Shown here piece after piece: positions 57,170-64,000 of a DNA stretch of 64,000 nucleotides. The translations under genes were made by a program, and so were the position numbers. Below the pieces are notes generated by a model. The model was not told the origin of the DNA. It worked only from the letters and a program-made list of their open reading frames with translations, and searched no databases. The DNA comes from the human T2T-CHM13v2.0 reference genome, Homo sapiens. The DNA lies in the NCBI RefSeq assembly GCF_009914755.1, contig NC_060926.1; one strand, given 5' to 3'. Each line of letters starts with the position of its first letter. The first letter of the stretch is position 1.

Positions 57170-57322
57170 GAATTCCAGAGACAGGAGAATTGATTGCTTG
57201 ATTCTAAGAGTCCAAGGCTGTAGTGTGCCATATTAGTGCTTGTGAATAGCCACTGCACTCCAGCCTGAGCAACGGAGTAAGACCCATCTCAAAAACAAAC
57301 AAACAAACAAATGAACAAAAAC
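57170..57322 (+). mobile_element. FAM-like fossil Alu monomer (7SL-derived)
   Basis: GCTTGTGAATAGCCACTGCACTCCAGCCTGAGCAAC...AGACCCATCTC with a (CAAA)n tail; GTGAATAG is absent from dimeric Alu. Confidence 0.8.
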
Positions 57323-57479
57323 AGTAGAAAGAAAGTACATGTGGACTCAGTAAGAAATCTGAACTGAATATCTTTACTAGAATTTCTGGATGGGAGCTTT
57401 CCTACACTCTTGTCGAAGGCTTTGTTTGTTAATTTTAAGAATGTCATTTTATGCTTAGCTGGGTAGTAGTAGAAAGAGA

Positions 57480-58420
<941 letters not shown>

Positions 58421-58591
58421 AGATAGTTAAAAAGACACAGAGGGCCATCATACTGTCATTCCTAAAAGACAACTTCATAATGTGACAATTCTCTGGTATT
58501 TTAGGATGCTTACAGATTTACATGACTTAATTTAAACCAAACTCTGATGCTTTCACAATCTATCACCAAATTGCATAGAAAAGAATGCTTC

Positions 58592-58922
<331 letters not shown>

Positions 58923-59309
58923 TTAAATATTTTCCATTCCTTTTTTCAGAGATAGCAAATTCTTTTTAATGAAACAAAGGAGTCATTCTCATTAGAGTTT
59001 GGCAAGACCTGCATGGACTACCAACCGTTAGTAACTTCCTGTCCCTGGGTAGCTTGACTTCCCGGTCTAGAGGTCTGATGTGAGATTTTCCATTGGTGAA
59101 TTTTGTGAAGATATTCTCATAAACTTGACCAGTTTGGCCTCTTCTCAACATACAACACAAGTCACTCCACAAATAGTTATCTCGTTGTTACTTATTTTAC
59201 TAAAGCAAGCTTAGATGTCCAATATTATTTCTTATTGAGGGAAGAATCTACCTCTTGGATGTACTGAATAATTAAGCTGAAATAATATTACTTGAGGTAA
59301 TTTGTTTTT

Positions 59310-60350
59310 TTCTCTATGTTTGACAGAATTTTAAATTTACATAAGAGTTGCAATAAAGTACAAAAGCCCTCCGATGCCCTTCATTCAGTAATTTTCTTCT
59401 TCTCTTTTCTTTCCTTTATTTATTACCCTTCTCCCTTCTCCTTCTCTCCTTCTTCTTCATGTTCTTCTCACTGTTATTTTTTTAATAATGCATACATTAA
59501 TGTCTCTTTATCCCTATACTATAGCGTATATTTTCTCTCTCCATTGTTTTTGTTTGTTTGTTTTTGTTTTGAGACAGGGTTTCACTCTGTCACCCATGCT
59601 GGAGTGCCCTGATGCAATCACGGCTCACTGTGACCTCAACCTCCTGGGCTTAATCAATCCTCCTGCCTCAGACTTCCAGGTAGTTGGGACTATAGGCATA
59701 TTTGACTGTACCTGGCTAATTTTCATATTTTTTGCAGAGACAGGGTTTTGTCATATTACCAAGACTGGTGTTGAACTCCTGAGTTCAAGGGATCCACCTG
59801 CCTCGGCCTCCCAAAGTGCTGGGATTACAGGCATGAGCCACCAGGCCTGACCAAATATAGAATTTTTTTACCTATCTGTAGGAAAATTAGCAAAATCAGG
59901 ATACTAACATGGATAATGTATTATCTAATTCCACAGAACTCATTCATATGTTGCCAATTCTACAATAACATGTCCTTCGTTGCAAAAAAAAAAAAAATCC
60001 AAGATAATTCACTGTATTTATTTTCAGTCATCCTGTCTCTAATCATTTTTAATGTGGAGTGTTTCATGATTTTTTATTTGTTTTTTATGACATTGATAAC
60101 TTTGAGAAGTACAGATCAGTTATCTCATGTACTGTCCCTCAATTTATGTTTGTTTGATGGTTCCTTATGGTTAGATTCAAGTTATGCATTGTAGTCAGAA
60201 ATACAATAGAAATTAGATTGACATCTTAGTGTGTAATACCAGGATGCACACGCTGTTGATTATTCCATTGCTGGCAATGTTAATTTTCACCATTAGGTTA
60301 AGATGGTATGCACTGGTTTGTTTAAGCTTGGTTTCCACAGTAAGGAAGAG
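59310..60350 (-). mobile_element. L1MC-like 3' UTR interrupted by AluJ and a pyrimidine tract
   Basis: AATTTTAAATTTACATAAGAGTTGCAA; TTTGAGAAGTACAGATCAG...TGTCCCTCAATTT...ATGGTTAGATTCAAGTTATGCATT. Confidence 0.78.
59544..59852 (-). mobile_element. AluJ-type SINE
   Basis: Antisense Alu with CCTCCTGGGCTTAATCAATCCTCCTGCCTCAG and a (TTTG)n tail. Confidence 0.95.
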
Positions 60351-60449
60351 TTGTCTTTTCTCTGTAAATTATTTATTGTTTGTTTTTCTATTTCTAAAAT
60401 TTCCCTTAGTATTTAGGAAGCTTTGTGTTTTGTGCAGGTGATAACCTTT

Positions 60450-61200
60450 GTATTTATCTTTCTGATGTTGTTATTTTATGTTTCCTTTTTTAACCTTTAA
60501 TATCTTGTCAGTTTTTAATGGTATCCTTAATTTTCACCTATTGCCTATATAACAATCAATGACTTCACTCCAATTTCCTTTTGCCCTGAGACTTTTCCTC
60601 CCAAATTTTAGTTGCCCTAATTCTATCAGAACATACAATATGTAACTTATAGCATGTGTTGTATAACATTTCACCCTTGACTGCACCTTCATTTTGGTCT
60701 CATTCCAACAAATCTTTACTCATTATCTGTCATTTTTCTTAATTGATTGAAGTTCATCTTATAGTAGATTCTTTAAGATGGGATAATGAGTATAAAATTA
60801 TTTGATCTCTTGAATGTCTATCTTTGATCTCTTGAATGTCTAAAAGTTTTTTTATAGCAATAATACTTGAAGAATGGTTTGACTGGGTATGCAATTCTTA
60901 GGCTTTTGAAAATGCTCCTCCATTATTGCCTTGCCTTGTATGTTGTTTCTGAGACAGGTGATAATAATCTTTTCCCCTTGTAAGTTATTTGATCTTTTCC
61001 CTAGAGGTCTGCAGGCATTTTCTTTATCTTCCAACTTTAATATTTTTTCTAAGATATGGCTTGGAGTTTAACATTTTGTTAAATTTTCCTGGTAGTAAGA
61101 TGACCCTATTGTTATGTACATTCAGGTCTTCTATTCCCAGAAAGTATTATTAAATTATAGTTTCCTTTCAACACATAAAAAAATGTTGTTCCACTCTCCT
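60450..61200 (-). mobile_element. Ancient L1 ORF1-type (HAL1-like) remnant
   Basis: Antisense ORF1 C-terminal landmarks (AAGAATTGCATACCCAGTCAAAC; AATAACTTACAAGGGGAAAAGATTA on the minus strand). Similar debris probably continues at ~63100-64000. Confidence 0.55.
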
Positions 61201-61230
61201 TCGAGTTTAAAAATTTCCAATGTCACTGCT

Positions 61231-61578
61231 TGATATGGTTTGGCTGTGTTCCCACCCATATCTCATCTTGAATTGTAGCTCCCATAATTCCCATGTGTCA
61301 TAGGAGGGACCCAGTGGGGAGTAGTTAAATCATGGGAGTGGGTCTTTCCCATGCTGTTCTCATGATAGTGAATAAGTCTCATGGGATATGATGGTTTTAT
61401 AAAGGAGAGTTCCCCTGCACATGCTCTCTTGCCTGTCGCCATGTAAGACATGCTTTTCCTCCTCGTTTTTCTTCCACTATGATTGTGAGGCAAACTGTGA
61501 GTCAATTAAACCTCTTTCCTTTATAAATTACCCAGTCTTGGGTAATCTTTATTAGCAGCTTGAGAACAGACTAATACA
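61231..61578 (+). mobile_element. THE1B/THE1C-like MaLR solo LTR
   Basis: TGATATGGTTTGGCTGTG start and GAGAACAGACTAATACA end. Confidence 0.94.
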
Positions 61579-61599
61579 CCTCTTAATCAAATTATCATT

Positions 61600-62900
61600 C
61601 ACTTTTATGCAACTTGTCATCTTTTTCTTGCTCCTCTCAAAGTTTCTTTTTTAATGTTGGCTTTCAGCAGGTTGACTATAACGTGCCTAGGCATAACCAT
61701 TTTTTTTTCATCTTTTTCACGCTTGATGTTCGGTGAGTATCTCAAATCTGTAAATATATGTCTTTCCCTATTTGGAGAAATTTCAGCCGTTATTATTTTC
61801 AAACACTTTTTTTCTGCCTGATAGTTTTTCTTCTCACGACAAGGGACTCTGGTTACATGTATGTTTGATCTTTTAATATTATTTAACAAGTTTTTAATGT
61901 TCTATTTATTTTTTAATGTATTTCTCATTATTTTCAAATTGAATGCTTCCTTTATTTATTTTAAAGTTCACTGAGTCTCTCCTCTGTCTTCCCCATTCTG
62001 CTATCTGGTAAGTTTATTTCAGTTCTAATGTTTTGATGCAGTTTTCTTTTATCCATTTTTCTGCTGAGATTTCATATTTTTAAATTCATTGAAAACATAT
62101 AATCCTTTACATTATCAAGGATATTTATACAAGATTCTTTGAAATACTCAAACGTTAATTCTAACATTTATTCTGTATCTCATGTCTGGCCTTCATTGAT
62201 TTTCTTTTTTCTATTGAGAATGGATTCTATTTTCCTGGTTCTTCGTATGTCAGGTAATTTTGAATTATATCCTCAACATTCTAATGTTAAGCTATAGAGA
62301 TTCTGGATTTATTTATTTTTATCTGATAACTGGTTTTTAGGGATATTGTTGTTTGTTCTAACAGACACTTAATTTGGTCGGATTGAACTACAAATGCACT
62401 CCTGGGAGTTAGCTAAAATTTTAAAATAAGAATTTTGTAATTAAGCTCTCTTCAGTCTAATGCTCCTCCAGCTGAGCTATTTCAGCAAAGACAGTTAAAC
62501 TGTTCTGAGTATGCTCCAACCACTCATGTTTCATCAGTCATTCAGAGATGCAGGTAGACATAAACCAAATAGTCCTTGGCTGACTCTTCCTCATCTGTGA
62601 ATACTCCTCCCTCTCCAATGGTTATGGTTGTCTCATCCTAAATCTTCTAATTAACCAGAAAGATTGTCATTTTTCCAACAGTGCCCTGACAACTGCACCT
62701 TCTTCAGGCTAAAAGGATAAAAATAGAGATTTCTTACTATACAACTCCTGCTTACAAGCATGGACTCCACTAGAATCTGCTTCGATCTATTGTTTTCCAG
62801 TAACTGCCTTTTGTGGTTTTTTTTTTTCAGAGTTTATTTTTATCTGCAGTAGAGTTTGTCTGTCTAATTGGAGTTTCTCATCCATTACTGAAAGTAGAAC
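61600..62900 (-). mobile_element. Old L1M ORF1 and 5' region remnant
   Basis: ORF 61617-61889 NIKRSNIHVTRVP...IITAEISPN...PRHVIVNLLK resembles the L1 ORF1p RRM region. Confidence 0.78.
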
Positions 62901-64000
62901 AATGGATAATACTTTTAAACATTATTTCTGTTTTCTTGTTTTTTTTTTTAAAAAAAAAAGTCCTTTTCAGCACACCAATTATATGTATGTTGTTATTTCT
63001 TTGCTTGTCCTTCATTTAAACCACTTTCTTTCTGACTCTTTTTACTGCTTTCTTTACATAATTTTTATTATATTTTATATTTTCCTGCTTTTACTCAATG
63101 TTTTTCATATTGTTTCAAATTGTTTTTATCTTCCTTAGGCAACTTCTAATTTAATCTTCATTACTGGTATATTTTGTCTTTTTAAATTTATTTTTTGAGT
63201 TCAATTAATTTTAATTTCATTGAGAGAATTTTCCTGACGTGAACTGTTTAGATTTTAATTTTCTAAGTTGTTTAAAGTACTTATAGATAGATGAATAAAC
63301 GGATACTGTTTTTTGTATCTGCAGTCTGTGGACAGAGCTGGTAGTTAAGTGCTGTTTATGAGGTTCCAGGCACAAAGCATATCTTCAGCCAGTATAGAAA
63401 AGAAGGTTTTCTTTACTGATTTGGTAATGGGAGATAAATAAATGAGAGAAAATATATAAGAAGGTGTTTTGTGTTCCTCTTTATTTGATTTAGTAATCTT
63501 GCAGGATAATGAATTCCCTCTTCTTGCTTATTTTTTCCTTGTCTACTCGATTTCTAAAAGGCACTACTCCACTTTTTCTAAAAATATTTTTCCCTTCAAA
63601 CAATATTTTTCTAAGGCTCACTTTTTAGGTTCTGGATGAATTTTTAGTGTTTTTCCTGTAAACTGTGCCCTGAACAATACATTATTTCGGTGTTTTTTAC
63701 ATCTGTGCCTACTTTCTTTTTTGGTATTTTTTTTCTGATCAATTTTAGGCTTGTCATAAATTTTGTATACTCTGTGTCTTGCAATTTTTCCAGAGCTATT
63801 TTTATATTACCCAAAAGCTTGTATCAAGAATGGTAGGAGACACCTTGCCAGGATTTGGTATTTATTTTTCTACTTACAATTAATTTGAGCGTTGAATGTT
63901 CTCTGTTTTCTTGTTTTGGGTATAAGTTTTACATAGGTTTTTTTGTTTGTTTGCCTGAGAAGTTAGGAATGCCCTCCATTGCTTCCCCTACTAATAATCT

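Overview
AT-rich, CpG-depleted simian-primate (human-like) genomic DNA, apparently intergenic or deep intronic. Roughly half or more is transposable-element debris: Alu, L1PA/L1M, L2, MIR, MaLR and ERVL LTRs, an ERVL pol relic and a MER1 DNA transposon. I recognise no intact protein-coding gene, RNA gene, CpG island or CRISPR array, and every ORF I can recognise comes from a repeat (L1 ORF1/ORF2, L2 RT, Alu, LTR). I found no well-supported novel biological system. The best-supported unusual structure is an MLT1B LTR at ~8.8-9.5 kb that carries a copy of a second MLT1B 37 kb away plus 77 bp of that copy's flank, consistent with an ancient templated repair or conversion event. Also notable: a locally duplicated MIR with a homogenised core, an old L1 reduced to ORF1 plus 3' end, and a speculative plus-strand promoter/exon model encoding a 77-aa peptide. 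Repeat subfamily names come from my recollection of consensus sequences, not from a search, and boundaries of old elements are approximate.
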